51,402 nucleotides of DNA from a virus. Taxonomy: Duplodnaviria; Caudoviricetes. This document shows positions 1 through 7,672 of the stretch, piece by piece; positions within the stretch are counted from its first letter, which is position 1; the number at the start of each line of letters is the position of its first letter. A program made the position numbers and the translations under genes. The notes below the pieces were generated by a model, which did no database searches, was not told where the DNA came from, and saw only the letters and a list, made by a program, of their open reading frames with translations. The stretch lies in the IMG/VR virus record IMGVR_UViG_3300025168_000010, positions 1 through 51,402 of that record; one strand, given 5' to 3'.

Positions 1-127
1 CTAAACAAAGTGGGAGAAGGGAACAGTGCTCAATAAATACAAGGCAGAGTTGGTAGAGGTTGGCGTTGTTTCAAATGAAGCAGTGCTTAACCTAATCAAT
101 TCATTAAACCGTGGGCCTATATCTACA
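1..127 (+). repeat. Terminal direct repeat, left copy (circular assembly overlap)
   Basis: Bases 1-127 (ctaaacaaagtggg...cctatatctaca) are identical to 51276-51402; 127 equals a common de Bruijn assembler k-mer, and ORFs run across the junction. Confidence 0.95.
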
Positions 128-343
128 CTGGAAACACCTACGAGACTTGTGTGTGGTGCAGGGGTATCACCATTAGACGCTGGTAGGGCGGCACTAAGAG
201 AGGCTTCGACCTCGGTAGGGGGGTTAGATATCTCAAGTAAAACATACGACAGGATAGCGGTGCTGTCCCCAGTAGAGTTCATAGACCCAGACTTAATGAA
301 GTATGTCTGTATAGTTGTATGCCAACCTATTAGTGACCAGTAG
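26..343 (+). CDS. Hypothetical protein (continues the operon of 51096..51311 across the circular junction)
   Basis: 105-aa ORF, GTG start preceded by GGAGAAGGG; its start overlaps the stop of the upstream ORF in the duplicated copy (51301-51311). Confidence 0.55.
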   Translation: MLNKYKAELVEVGVVSNEAVLNLINSLNRGPISTLETPTRLVCGAGVSPLDAGRAALREASTSVGGLDISSKTYDRIAVLSPVEFIDPDLMKYVCIVVCQPISDQ

Positions 344-1091
344 CCTTAAGCAGTGCGGCCTCGGTAAAGCGGCCACGTATCCCGTCCACAACAAGTCCAC
401 CATTCTTTCGTTGGAACATAGTCAGAGCGGTTCGGCTAAGCGTCCCCCATACACCATCAACGGGTATCCCGTAATCCAGTTCGTTCAATGCCATTTGCCA
501 ATCTTCTACTGAAGATAGAGACTTCAGTGCTGGGAGAAGTGAGGTCATGTTGTCGGCTAACGCTGATAATAGATCACCTGGACATTGAGTCGGACTAAAG
601 TTGTGATGTCCCCATAGACTATTAACGGAACAACCAAGCACATTATACAATGACGTAGGTATATACTTGTGCATGGTCTCACCTGTGAGGTGGCTCCATA
701 GTGTTAGCAGTGCGAGTAACTGGGCCATCGGCACTCCCGTATTACCTTCACTTCCGTAGTTACCAGAACATACAATAGCCAAGAAGTTCTTATTAGGTTG
801 TGTGTTTGGTATCGGGACACTGTGACCACCCTGAGAATGAGTGATACTCTCAAGGTCATTCGCCCAGTACACAGTCCCAGTCTTATCTATAAAGAAAGTA
901 TAGAGTAGGCCAGCGCAACCGTCCTTACATACATGGTTAGGTGACACATGATACTTGGCTACGTTCTCAATGTAAGACTCTGAAGCAGTATGGTGTATCA
1001 CTCCACCCTTGATATCCTTTACCTCTCTTCGATTAAACCTTTTAGTCTTATGAGTTGGTAATGAATCTCTTGAGTCTACAAACTTAAACAT
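330..1091 (-). CDS. Endolysin: N-acetylmuramoyl-L-alanine amidase (Amidase_2-like) with C-terminal peptidoglycan-binding domain
   Basis: VIHHTA, YTFFIDKTG, LWGH...TQCPG amidase motifs; C-terminal WQMALNELDYGIPVDGVWG...FQRKNGGLVVDGIRG is the PG_binding_1 pattern. Start moved to ATG 1091 (GGGGA upstream) from the track start at 1274. Confidence 0.85.
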   Translation of the reverse strand: MFKFVDSRDSLPTHKTKRFNRREVKDIKGGVIHHTASESYIENVAKYHVSPNHVCKDGCAGLLYTFFIDKTGTVYWANDLESITHSQGGHSVPIPNTQPNKNFLAIVCSGNYGSEGNTGVPMAQLLALLTLWSHLTGETMHKYIPTSLYNVLGCSVNSLWGHHNFSPTQCPGDLLSALADNMTSLLPALKSLSSVEDWQMALNELDYGIPVDGVWGTLSRTALTMFQRKNGGLVVDGIRGRFTEAALLKATGH

Positions 1092-1209
1092 ATAATCCCC
1101 AATGGTATACATGCGTATAATATAAATAGGGCTGCTGCGCAAGTCGCTTAGGCCAGAGCAAGCCGCGTGAGGCAAACCAGTGTGCGTCGGACTGATTTGC
1201 GGAAATCGT

Positions 1210-1238
1210 TTGACAGCCGATGGCTGCCGCGATACTTG
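1210..1238 (+). promoter_or_regulatory. Putative sigma70-type promoter with overlapping palindrome CAGCC-GAT-GGCTG
   Basis: TTGACA at 1210-1215; weak -10 (TACTTG at 17-nt spacing); palindrome at 1214-1226; upstream of the first early gene. Confidence 0.45.
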
Positions 1239-1286
1239 CCGCTCGTCACGTCGATGTGATGCAACGAATCTCAATCAGGAGAACTT

Positions 1287-2513
1287 ATGAACGCAGTAAA
1301 TGTACGAAGAGAAAGCCTTACACTAGACCCTAGAACTTTAGTTAACTACCGATTAGGTGCTAAAGGAGCAGTGCTTAGCAGTAAAGGATACAGCAAAAAC
1401 CTAGACAACCCTTTGCTTCTTAATCAAATTAGAACAATGATTAAGTCTGTCGAAGATAAACAAGAAGCCAAAGACCTTCAGCGTGAAGGAAGAATGCTTC
1501 AACTATCTATCGAGAACGGACGTGCTTATGGCACAGTGTTCTACCGTGACCGAGTAGATGAGAAGATGCCATTCACTAAGACAGCATTCCAACAACTACT
1601 TGGATATGTTGGTGGCGTTAACATGAATGATATGAAACATAACTGGGCAGTCAGTGACCGAGGAGACAAGATAACTTCAGCACTATACGCTCATTGTTCT
1701 ATCGACATAGAAGAAATCTTTATGGTTAGGACTATGCTACGACAGGGACAGCGAGTCATTCGTTCTGTTCATAAAGCAGGGCACAACAACTGCTACCAAC
1801 CATTCAGTCATCTTCAGTTAGTTGATGATCTTATTGCTGGCGCACCAGAGTTTGCAGATGCTCCCATCTTAGGCTTCCACTTAAATGATAATGGTGTACG
1901 ATTAACTCTTGCTTCACCAGAGATAGAGAACGGATACGTTGAACATCAAAACATCAATGGCATTGATGTAAACAAACCAGTCAAGACATTCTCTCTGGGC
2001 AACTCAGAGACAGGACAAGGTTCGCTACGTATTGACGGCGGCATTCATACTTGGGTTTGTTCTAACGGAATGTACTCATACAACAAAGAGTTCTCTAAGT
2101 CTACACCTCACCGTGGCAAGAGTGAGCGTCTAACTGGCTGGTTCACTGGAGCAATCGAAGATGTTCTTACTGCACAGCATGGTGTCTTAGATAGATACGA
2201 ACAGGCTTTGGATACTTACATTGATGATATCCATAGTTTCACACAGGAGATGTTCAAGCAAGCAGCAACCAAGTCGAGACATTCAATCGCAAACAACAAA
2301 GATATCATTAACGATATTAAGACATACGGCTTGTACGATGAGACTACACCGCAGAACAATAGCGTTGCACAAGTTTCACAGGCTGTTGCATTGATTGCAC
2401 AGAAGCAAGACTTTGCAGGTGAGAGATTGCTTGAAGAGATTGCTATGGATATACTATACAAGGGAACAAACATGGCTGTCGATGGACGAATCATCATGCC
2501 AGTTGAAGCCTAA
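1287..2513 (+). CDS. DUF932/DUF945-like protein
   Basis: Motif FSLGNSETGQGSLRIDGGIHTWVCSNGM fits the NS..G..S......(R)xVCxNG pattern of this family; AGGAG RBS. Confidence 0.65.
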   Translation: MNAVNVRRESLTLDPRTLVNYRLGAKGAVLSSKGYSKNLDNPLLLNQIRTMIKSVEDKQEAKDLQREGRMLQLSIENGRAYGTVFYRDRVDEKMPFTKTAFQQLLGYVGGVNMNDMKHNWAVSDRGDKITSALYAHCSIDIEEIFMVRTMLRQGQRVIRSVHKAGHNNCYQPFSHLQLVDDLIAGAPEFADAPILGFHLNDNGVRLTLASPEIENGYVEHQNINGIDVNKPVKTFSLGNSETGQGSLRIDGGIHTWVCSNGMYSYNKEFSKSTPHRGKSERLTGWFTGAIEDVLTAQHGVLDRYEQALDTYIDDIHSFTQEMFKQAATKSRHSIANNKDIINDIKTYGLYDETTPQNNSVAQVSQAVALIAQKQDFAGERLLEEIAMDILYKGTNMAVDGRIIMPVEA

Positions 2514-2611
2514 CGAGTTGCGTCGATGAGCGGGGACGACCAGATAAACGTATTACCCGCCGAGTCGGTGAGAGGCCGACACCTTTAACAATCCAATTAA
2601 GGAGATGAATC

Positions 2612-2923
2612 ATGGGAATTAAATTTGAAGTCTGGGCTGAAATTGTAGAGTATGACGAGGAGGCTGACGATTATTTTCACGCGACAGGTGGTGTAATACT
2701 AGATTCAACATACTCATTTGAAGAGGCTAAAAAAATACGAGATAGTATAGTCAACCGAATGACAATAGACTCGGTAATAAAAAACTTAGAAGTTATCCGA
2801 GATGAGACACCGTGTCTTGACTCTGACGCAAAGCGTTGTGGTTGTGAGCGGTTTGATTATGTTCTCGATTTGCTGAGAGAAATTAAAGACAATCCAATTA
2901 AGGAGGTGAGTGATGACAGATAA
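2612..2923 (+). CDS. Hypothetical acidic early protein
   Basis: 103-aa ORF, AAGGAG RBS, flanked by 17-nt direct repeats at 2588 and 2889. Confidence 0.65.
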   Translation: MGIKFEVWAEIVEYDEEADDYFHATGGVILDSTYSFEEAKKIRDSIVNRMTIDSVIKNLEVIRDETPCLDSDAKRCGCERFDYVLDLLREIKDNPIKEVSDDR

Positions 2924-3182
2924 GTTTAATATTTCTTTAATAGCAGACGAAGTAAAAGAAACCGACGACCAGCCAATCAAGCATTGGGATATTCAATACA
3001 TGATCAGTTGTACGTTTCTAGGAACAAAGGAAGAAGCCCTAATCAAAGCAGAAGATGACGGCGAGTGGTTGTTCGATGAAGCAGAAGGCCAAGGAATGTG
3101 GCTTAAAGAATGTACGGTTTATTATAATGGTGAACCAGAGGAGTGGACGCTTAAGAATCATTTGGGGGTGGAAGATGACTGA
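2913..3182 (+). CDS. Hypothetical acidic early protein
   Basis: ATG 2913 after AAGGAGGTGAGTG; overlaps neighbours in a coupled operon. Confidence 0.65.
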   Translation: MTDKFNISLIADEVKETDDQPIKHWDIQYMISCTFLGTKEEALIKAEDDGEWLFDEAEGQGMWLKECTVYYNGEPEEWTLKNHLGVEDD

Positions 3183-3387
3183 TATTATTGTACACCACAT
3201 TGGTCACGATAACTCTTGGGCTTTTGTGGAAACTAAAGGGATAAGATTTGAGGTAGGCTTAACTCATGACGAGGACGGCTTATCATCTGTGACTTTCTCA
3301 CCAGTAGAACTGACTGAGGAGGACATGGATCTAATAGAGAATGAAGTAAATACAGAACCAGTAAAGGTGGAGGTGAGTGATGGGTGA
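3175..3387 (+). CDS. Hypothetical acidic early protein (MTDIIVHHIG...)
   Basis: Internal ATG 3175 of track ORF 3055..3387, preceded by GGGGGTGG and overlapping the previous stop. Confidence 0.55.
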   Translation: MTDIIVHHIGHDNSWAFVETKGIRFEVGLTHDEDGLSSVTFSPVELTEEDMDLIENEVNTEPVKVEVSDG

Positions 3388-3994
3388 TTTCAAATTAACT
3401 AATGACATAACAGATGCAGACAAAGTATTTCTTGTGTCAGAATACGTTCGCTTAATGGATAGGGAAACTCTCGAAGACGAGATGTATAATGAACTTGAAA
3501 TGAAAGGTGCGCTACATGATATTGAATATTATTTAGATAGTTATTGGTGGCGATTACTAGACAATACAGTCAAGGAGAGGAAAGAAATGGAGAACATATT
3601 CTGGATAGATGCGTTGTATGAGAAGTTAGGAATCTCAGTACGAGACAATCAATACTATGCAACAAGAAAAGATGGCACTAAACTTCGTGTCTATTGGCAT
3701 GGCAGTGATGCGCCTAATGCTCAGACCAAATTAGATATTGCAATACAAGGAGGCTACCATGAACGTGAACGTCCTGTAGAGGAAGACATTCCTGCTTGCT
3801 TAATGTCAAGGAACGGAGAGGTAGATATAACAGACAAAGAGTTTATAACTGAAGCGTTTGAGATAGCGTTCGGAGATGACGCAATCAACAGAGCCTTTTC
3901 AAAGCGAGAAGTGTTGGAAGAACTGATGGGCTTTAGTAAAACAGCGTTGCTGTATGATGATGATAAGGAGGAGTTCAATGCCAGAACTAAATGA
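3380..3994 (+). CDS. Hypothetical acidic early protein
   Basis: About 204-aa ORF after GGAGGTGAGTG RBS. Confidence 0.7.
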   Translation: MGDFKLTNDITDADKVFLVSEYVRLMDRETLEDEMYNELEMKGALHDIEYYLDSYWWRLLDNTVKERKEMENIFWIDALYEKLGISVRDNQYYATRKDGTKLRVYWHGSDAPNAQTKLDIAIQGGYHERERPVEEDIPACLMSRNGEVDITDKEFITEAFEIAFGDDAINRAFSKREVLEELMGFSKTALLYDDDKEEFNARTK

Positions 3995-4223
3995 GTATAT
4001 CCTGCCTATCTACTGGGCTAGTTACATCATCAATGGTGATGCGACTGGGCTACGAGACGGGGAACAAGAAGAGATAGATGAATACTTCAAGAGCGTAGGT
4101 AGCCCCTACATTGTAAGCGTCGGAGATGAGTACTGGTTTGCTCATAGGAATGATGCGACCAAACTAGGTGGAGATGTTTGCTCTTACTATTCATTGAATG
4201 AGTCGGAGGCACTAGATGTGTAA
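3978..4223 (+). CDS. Conserved small phage protein (LPxYWASYxINGDxxGL type)
   Basis: ATG 3978 after AAGGAGGAG; motif ILPIYWASYIINGDATGL resembles a recurrent uncharacterised phage family (recalled, not searched). Confidence 0.6.
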   Translation: MPELNEYILPIYWASYIINGDATGLRDGEQEEIDEYFKSVGSPYIVSVGDEYWFAHRNDATKLGGDVCSYYSLNESEALDV

Positions 4224-4410
4224 TCCAAAACTAGAAGAGAAAGAACTACCAGAGTCTAGGTACATTGTGACAGGTGTGACACGGACAGGACATAGGTTCA
4301 GAGTTGAGACAGAAAGTTTAATCCACGCATTAGGAATCAATCTTTGGAAGGGGACAGTATGGGAAATTGTTGAGGGACATAGAAAGAAAATCAGAACAGT
4401 ATCTAATTAA
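4216..4410 (+). CDS. Hypothetical protein
   Basis: 64-aa ORF, GGAGG RBS, overlaps previous gene end. Confidence 0.6.
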   Translation: MCNPKLEEKELPESRYIVTGVTRTGHRFRVETESLIHALGINLWKGTVWEIVEGHRKKIRTVSN

Positions 4411-4419
4411 GGAGAACAC

Positions 4420-4539
4420 ATGGACGCAGTAACAACAGTAATAGTAGGGCTTGCAGCAATCCCTTTGCTTGGACTCATGGGAGTTAAGGCACTACCAATC
4501 ATAGCAATCTTGCTAATCACATTCATTTACTTAGACTAG
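4420..4539 (+). CDS. Small hydrophobic membrane peptide (39 aa, not in ORF track)
   Basis: AAGGAG RBS, then MDAVTTVIVGLAAIPLLGLMGVKALPIIAILLITFIYLD*; fills the gap between two genes exactly. Confidence 0.65.
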   Translation: MDAVTTVIVGLAAIPLLGLMGVKALPIIAILLITFIYLD

Positions 4540-4548
4540 GAGTCAATC

Positions 4549-4956
4549 ATGAGAACAACACAAGAGTTAATCGGAATAACAATGACAGCACTGACAGCAT
4601 TGAGCAATCATATCAAGGAGAACACTCATCTATATGAGGACTTTGATGTTGCTATGGATAACCAGAAGGAGGCTAATGAAATCTCAGACGGAGAAGAGTT
4701 AGACGAACTAATCAAAGTAAACTCTTTAGATGTAGACGAACTTAACAAAGAGTTTCCACCTCAGCAGTACACTGATGGTCACGTACTAGAAGTAATGAAG
4801 GAACGTTTAGACAAACCAGAGGAAGGAAAGATCTATAGTCTACACAAACTTTCAGAGACTAAAGAGTGGAGCAAGTCTGAAGTTATCGAGGACGTTCAAT
4901 TGCATGACGTTGAGATGACTGAGGTAGATCTCGATGATCTGTTTAACGGACTTTAA
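4549..4956 (+). CDS. Highly acidic hypothetical protein
   Basis: 135-aa D/E-rich ORF, TAGGAG RBS, ends DLDDLFNGL. Confidence 0.7.
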   Translation: MRTTQELIGITMTALTALSNHIKENTHLYEDFDVAMDNQKEANEISDGEELDELIKVNSLDVDELNKEFPPQQYTDGHVLEVMKERLDKPEEGKIYSLHKLSETKEWSKSEVIEDVQLHDVEMTEVDLDDLFNGL

Positions 4957-4971
4957 CCACTAGATAGAACA

Positions 4972-5037
4972 GTCATTCCCTGTAAGATAACTATGATCTT
5001 CTACTATAGATTAGAGTTAATACTTACAGGGAGTGAC
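4972..5037. other. Long imperfect hairpin closing the first early operon
   Basis: gtcattccctgtaag (4972-4986) pairs with cttacagggagtgac (5023-5037), one G-T, with further inner pairing; no U-tract. Confidence 0.7.
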
Positions 5038-5173
5038 ACCCCACCTAAACGTTGTACTGCTAGGCACACAGTCTTAGCCTGGAACATTCATCTGAACAAC
5101 TGTTGAATCGTTGACAACAACATTTAGTTTGACTGATGCGCAAGGCCGCGTCGGAGTTGTCGGAATATTTTAA

Positions 5174-5252
5174 CGTCGGTTCGGTCGTCATATAGAACAT
5201 TCATTCTAATGTTTGTTCAAATGTTTCGTCGTCAGTTCGGTCGTCGTATAGA
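5174..5252 (+). repeat. Two 23-nt imperfect direct repeats separated by 33 nt
   Basis: cgtcggttcggtcgtcatataga (5174-5196) and cgtcagttcggtcgtcgtataga (5230-5252), 21/23 identical. Confidence 0.75.
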
Positions 5253-5318
5253 TACGATACGGAGTGGGATAGGAACTGACTCAGTTTCATTAGCAATGCT
5301 TACGCATTGAATTTAGCA

Positions 5319-5385
5319 GCAGTAACCTTCGCTCCGCTACGGTTCTTTCTTTTGTGTATTAATTAATAATACATTTAACTAGGAG
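5319..5385 (+). promoter_or_regulatory. Cassette-start element, copy 1
   Basis: TAACCTTCGCTCCGCTACGGTT 5323-5344, 10-nt gap, TGTATTAATTAA 5355-5366, ATACATTTA 5369-5377, TAGGAG 5380-5385, ATG 5392. Confidence 0.85.
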
Positions 5386-5391
5386 AGAAGA

Positions 5392-5661
5392 ATGCTAAGC
5401 AAAGAAACCATAGCAATACATGAACCCAATTTGAGTCTATCAGATTACCCTGACCAACTCAAAGTAACAGAGACCGCTGTTGATACAGAGACATACAATA
5501 AGATGAGGTATAAAGCGCGACGTGCTGGCATGTTGCAAGATGTACACGCATCTTATGAGTACTTCGTATCAACAGGTAAGTCACCATCATTAGCAGCCTA
5601 CCTTGCATTAGCAGAGTGGGAACTTGCTACCATCCCGAACCTAAACAAAGGAGATAAGTAA
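5392..5661 (+). CDS. Hypothetical early protein (cassette 1)
   Basis: 89-aa ORF directly after the repeated element; TAATG coupling to the next gene. Confidence 0.7.
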   Translation: MLSKETIAIHEPNLSLSDYPDQLKVTETAVDTETYNKMRYKARRAGMLQDVHASYEYFVSTGKSPSLAAYLALAEWELATIPNLNKGDK

Positions 5662-6143
5662 TGGAAGAAGTCACAGACCTAATGGGAATCACAGGTGAAA
5701 CTACTGTAGAAGAGGAGGTAAAAGTTGAAGTCACAATCGAATACAATGAAGTCAATATATATAAAGATGTAGAAGTTCAAGCAGAAATTCAACTAGGCTG
5801 GGAAGAAGTTAAGGAACACATCCTTGATGGTATTCATTTCAAGGACTACCCAAGTGTACAAATGGTTCTCATGCAATGGGCAGCCGACGTCGCTGTGTCC
5901 TACATGTCATTCATGACAGAAGCGAAAGACCAGGAATACATGAACGTCAAAGGAGAACTGAGAGACACAGTGGCTTCATTCTCTAGGGTTCAAGGACAAC
6001 TACTAGATCTACGACAACAAGTCGTGGGTTCATCACCGTCATTTACACCAGAGGAAGTACTAGAACGCCTCAAGGAAATGACGAACAATTCAGATAAGTA
6101 CGAAGCAATGGTGCTGAGTGCTACACAACAAGACAAGGAGTAA
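5661..6143 (+). CDS. Hypothetical acidic early protein (cassette 1)
   Basis: 160-aa ORF, AAGGAG RBS. Confidence 0.7.
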   Translation: MEEVTDLMGITGETTVEEEVKVEVTIEYNEVNIYKDVEVQAEIQLGWEEVKEHILDGIHFKDYPSVQMVLMQWAADVAVSYMSFMTEAKDQEYMNVKGELRDTVASFSRVQGQLLDLRQQVVGSSPSFTPEEVLERLKEMTNNSDKYEAMVLSATQQDKE

Positions 6144-6146
6144 GAC

Positions 6147-6449
6147 ATGTGGAAATTAAAGACACCCACAAGGGAAGCAATCTTCAATTCATTAAAGCCA
6201 GCATTAGTAGTTGTTGTACAAGAAAAAGAAGAGATGATTACAACAATCAAAATGAATAAGTTCAGCAGCCGTAAAAGTAACTACCTATCATGGGAAGTTA
6301 GTTACATGCTCGACAACGAAACATCTAAAGTGGTAAAAGAACACGCCGACTCTTACAACAGCAGATCATCATACGTTTTTGAAGTAAACGTCCATGATGT
6401 CAGATCGAAGCATGGAATGACAGACGAAAGTCATCCAAAACCAGAGTAA
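6147..6449 (+). CDS. Hypothetical early protein (cassette 1)
   Basis: 100-aa ORF, AAGGAG RBS. Confidence 0.65.
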   Translation: MWKLKTPTREAIFNSLKPALVVVVQEKEEMITTIKMNKFSSRKSNYLSWEVSYMLDNETSKVVKEHADSYNSRSSYVFEVNVHDVRSKHGMTDESHPKPE

Positions 6450-6463
6450 GTTACCAGTGCTTT

Positions 6464-6513
6464 GGACATCGGCTCACGCAGTCGGTGTCCTTTGTTCTGC
6501 TAATTTCAGCAGA
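6464..6513 (+). other. Intercistronic RNA hairpins (weak terminator or processing site)
   Basis: ggacatcggc-tcacgca-gtcggtgtcc followed by tttgtt, then tctgct-aatttc-agcaga. Confidence 0.5.
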
Positions 6514-6540
6514 GAGATAGAAACTAACTAGGAGATAAAC

Positions 6541-7044
6541 ATGTCAGACATCGTAACAGAACTAAACAACTACGTAACAATCCGTTCATTCGAGAATGCT
6601 AAAGGAGAGACAGTCAAGTACATAGCAGGCCCAGACCTTAAGTCAGCCAAGCCTAACAACTTACTACGCGCTATGATTGAAAAAGGAATCACAGCAAAAG
6701 AACTTCTTCAGATGGTAGAGACACCAAAGAAGACAGCAAGTAAAGGGCGAGCAGTTGGTAACGCTGTAGGTATCCAGCCAGTAGTAGACAAACTCAAGTC
6801 ACTACCAGAGAGTAAGCAAATCGTATTGCTATCACGCTTAAGTGAAGAGCAAGCACGACTCGTTGACCTTAACCTACGAGGCAAGAAAGGTTCTAACAGT
6901 GGACCAAAGATGAATCCAGTCAAAGTCCTAAGTACTATACTTAACAGTCTCGGACTTGAGTACCAAGTCACGCCAGACCTGGAGATGATTAAGGTCGGGC
7001 TAGAATCAGACCTTTACTTCGACGACCTACTCGCAGGACTTTAA
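6541..7044 (+). CDS. Hypothetical early protein (cassette 1)
   Basis: 167-aa ORF, TAGGAG RBS, ends FDDLLAGL. Confidence 0.7.
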   Translation: MSDIVTELNNYVTIRSFENAKGETVKYIAGPDLKSAKPNNLLRAMIEKGITAKELLQMVETPKKTASKGRAVGNAVGIQPVVDKLKSLPESKQIVLLSRLSEEQARLVDLNLRGKKGSNSGPKMNPVKVLSTILNSLGLEYQVTPDLEMIKVGLESDLYFDDLLAGL

Positions 7045-7122
7045 GTTGGACTTCCTATGCGGAATCATATCCGCCGTAGTCTTAAGTATCATAGTATCGC
7101 CGTACATTAGAGAGGTAATGAG

Positions 7123-7284
7123 ATGAGTATATCACTAGAGAAAAGCAAGGCATCAGTAGAAAAGAAACGCGCAACCAAAGCAGAGAAGCGACAGGCAAAG
7201 CGCGAAGGTCGTTCCATCAAGCAACAACTAGAGATAGCACATGCAGGATGGTTAGCACAACTGCGAACAATCTCTAAACAATAG
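7123..7284 (+). CDS. Small basic protein (53 aa, not in ORF track)
   Basis: GAGGT upstream; MSISLEKSKASVEKKRATKAEKRQAKREGRSIKQQLEIAHAGWLAQLRTISKQ*, ending just before a terminator. Confidence 0.6.
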   Translation: MSISLEKSKASVEKKRATKAEKRQAKREGRSIKQQLEIAHAGWLAQLRTISKQ

Positions 7285-7297
7285 ACACATAACTAAG

Positions 7298-7332
7298 GGT
7301 CGAGATCAGCAATGGTCTCGGCCTTTTTTTTT
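7298..7332 (+). terminator. Intrinsic terminator ending cassette 1
   Basis: 11-bp stem ggtcgagatca/tggtctcggcc with GCAA loop, then T9. Confidence 0.9.
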
Positions 7333-7336
7333 AACC

Positions 7337-7400
7337 GCAGTAACCTTCGCTCCGCTACGGTTTCATTTTTTTTGTATTAATTAAGATACATTTATAGGAG
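7337..7400 (+). promoter_or_regulatory. Cassette-start element, copy 2
   Basis: Same 22-mer at 7341-7362, 10-nt gap, TGTATTAATTAA 7373-7384, ATACATTTA 7386-7394, TAGGAG 7395-7400, ATG 7407. Confidence 0.85.
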
Positions 7401-7406
7401 TCAATC

Positions 7407-7661
7407 ATGACAACAAAGACAGCAAAGAGAAGAGTAAAAGCAGAACAAACAACAACCCTAACAAACGCAGTAAGAGGACTGGAGTTCACAGTAATCAGAG
7501 GCAACGAGATGGCCACGCTCAAGACAAGAAGCGGGACATACCAACTCAAACAATCAAGTTACGACCGCCGGTTGTACAAAGGATGCGCTAACGCATACGA
7601 TGTAGAGATGAGAATAGAAGCAGGACAGATGGAACTATCATACAAACCAACAGTAAACTAG
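7407..7661 (+). CDS. Hypothetical early protein (cassette 2)
   Basis: 84-aa ORF after the repeated element; extremely A-rich coding strand. Confidence 0.7.
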   Translation: MTTKTAKRRVKAEQTTTLTNAVRGLEFTVIRGNEMATLKTRSGTYQLKQSSYDRRLYKGCANAYDVEMRIEAGQMELSYKPTVN

Positions 7662-7672
7662 GAGATAAGACA

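Noticed and set aside
1-127. 127-bp terminal repeat as a biological DTR
   Set aside because: Length equals a standard assembler k-mer and the repeat falls inside coding sequence; it indicates circular completeness, not physical ends.
1092-1274. N-terminal extension of the amidase in the ORF track
   Set aside because: Translates the GC-rich divergent control region; the better RBS and domain start are at 1091.
2521-2580. Hammerhead-like ribozyme after the DUF932 gene (cgatgag...cgag)
   Set aside because: Core lacks the required CUGANGA and GAAA; only simple stems (gcggg/cccgc, gtcggt/gccgac) are supported.
5323-5344. Cassette element as an integron attC site (TAAC...GTT)
   Set aside because: At 22 nt it is far shorter than attC sites, it lies upstream of genes after a terminator, and no tyrosine recombinase is visible.
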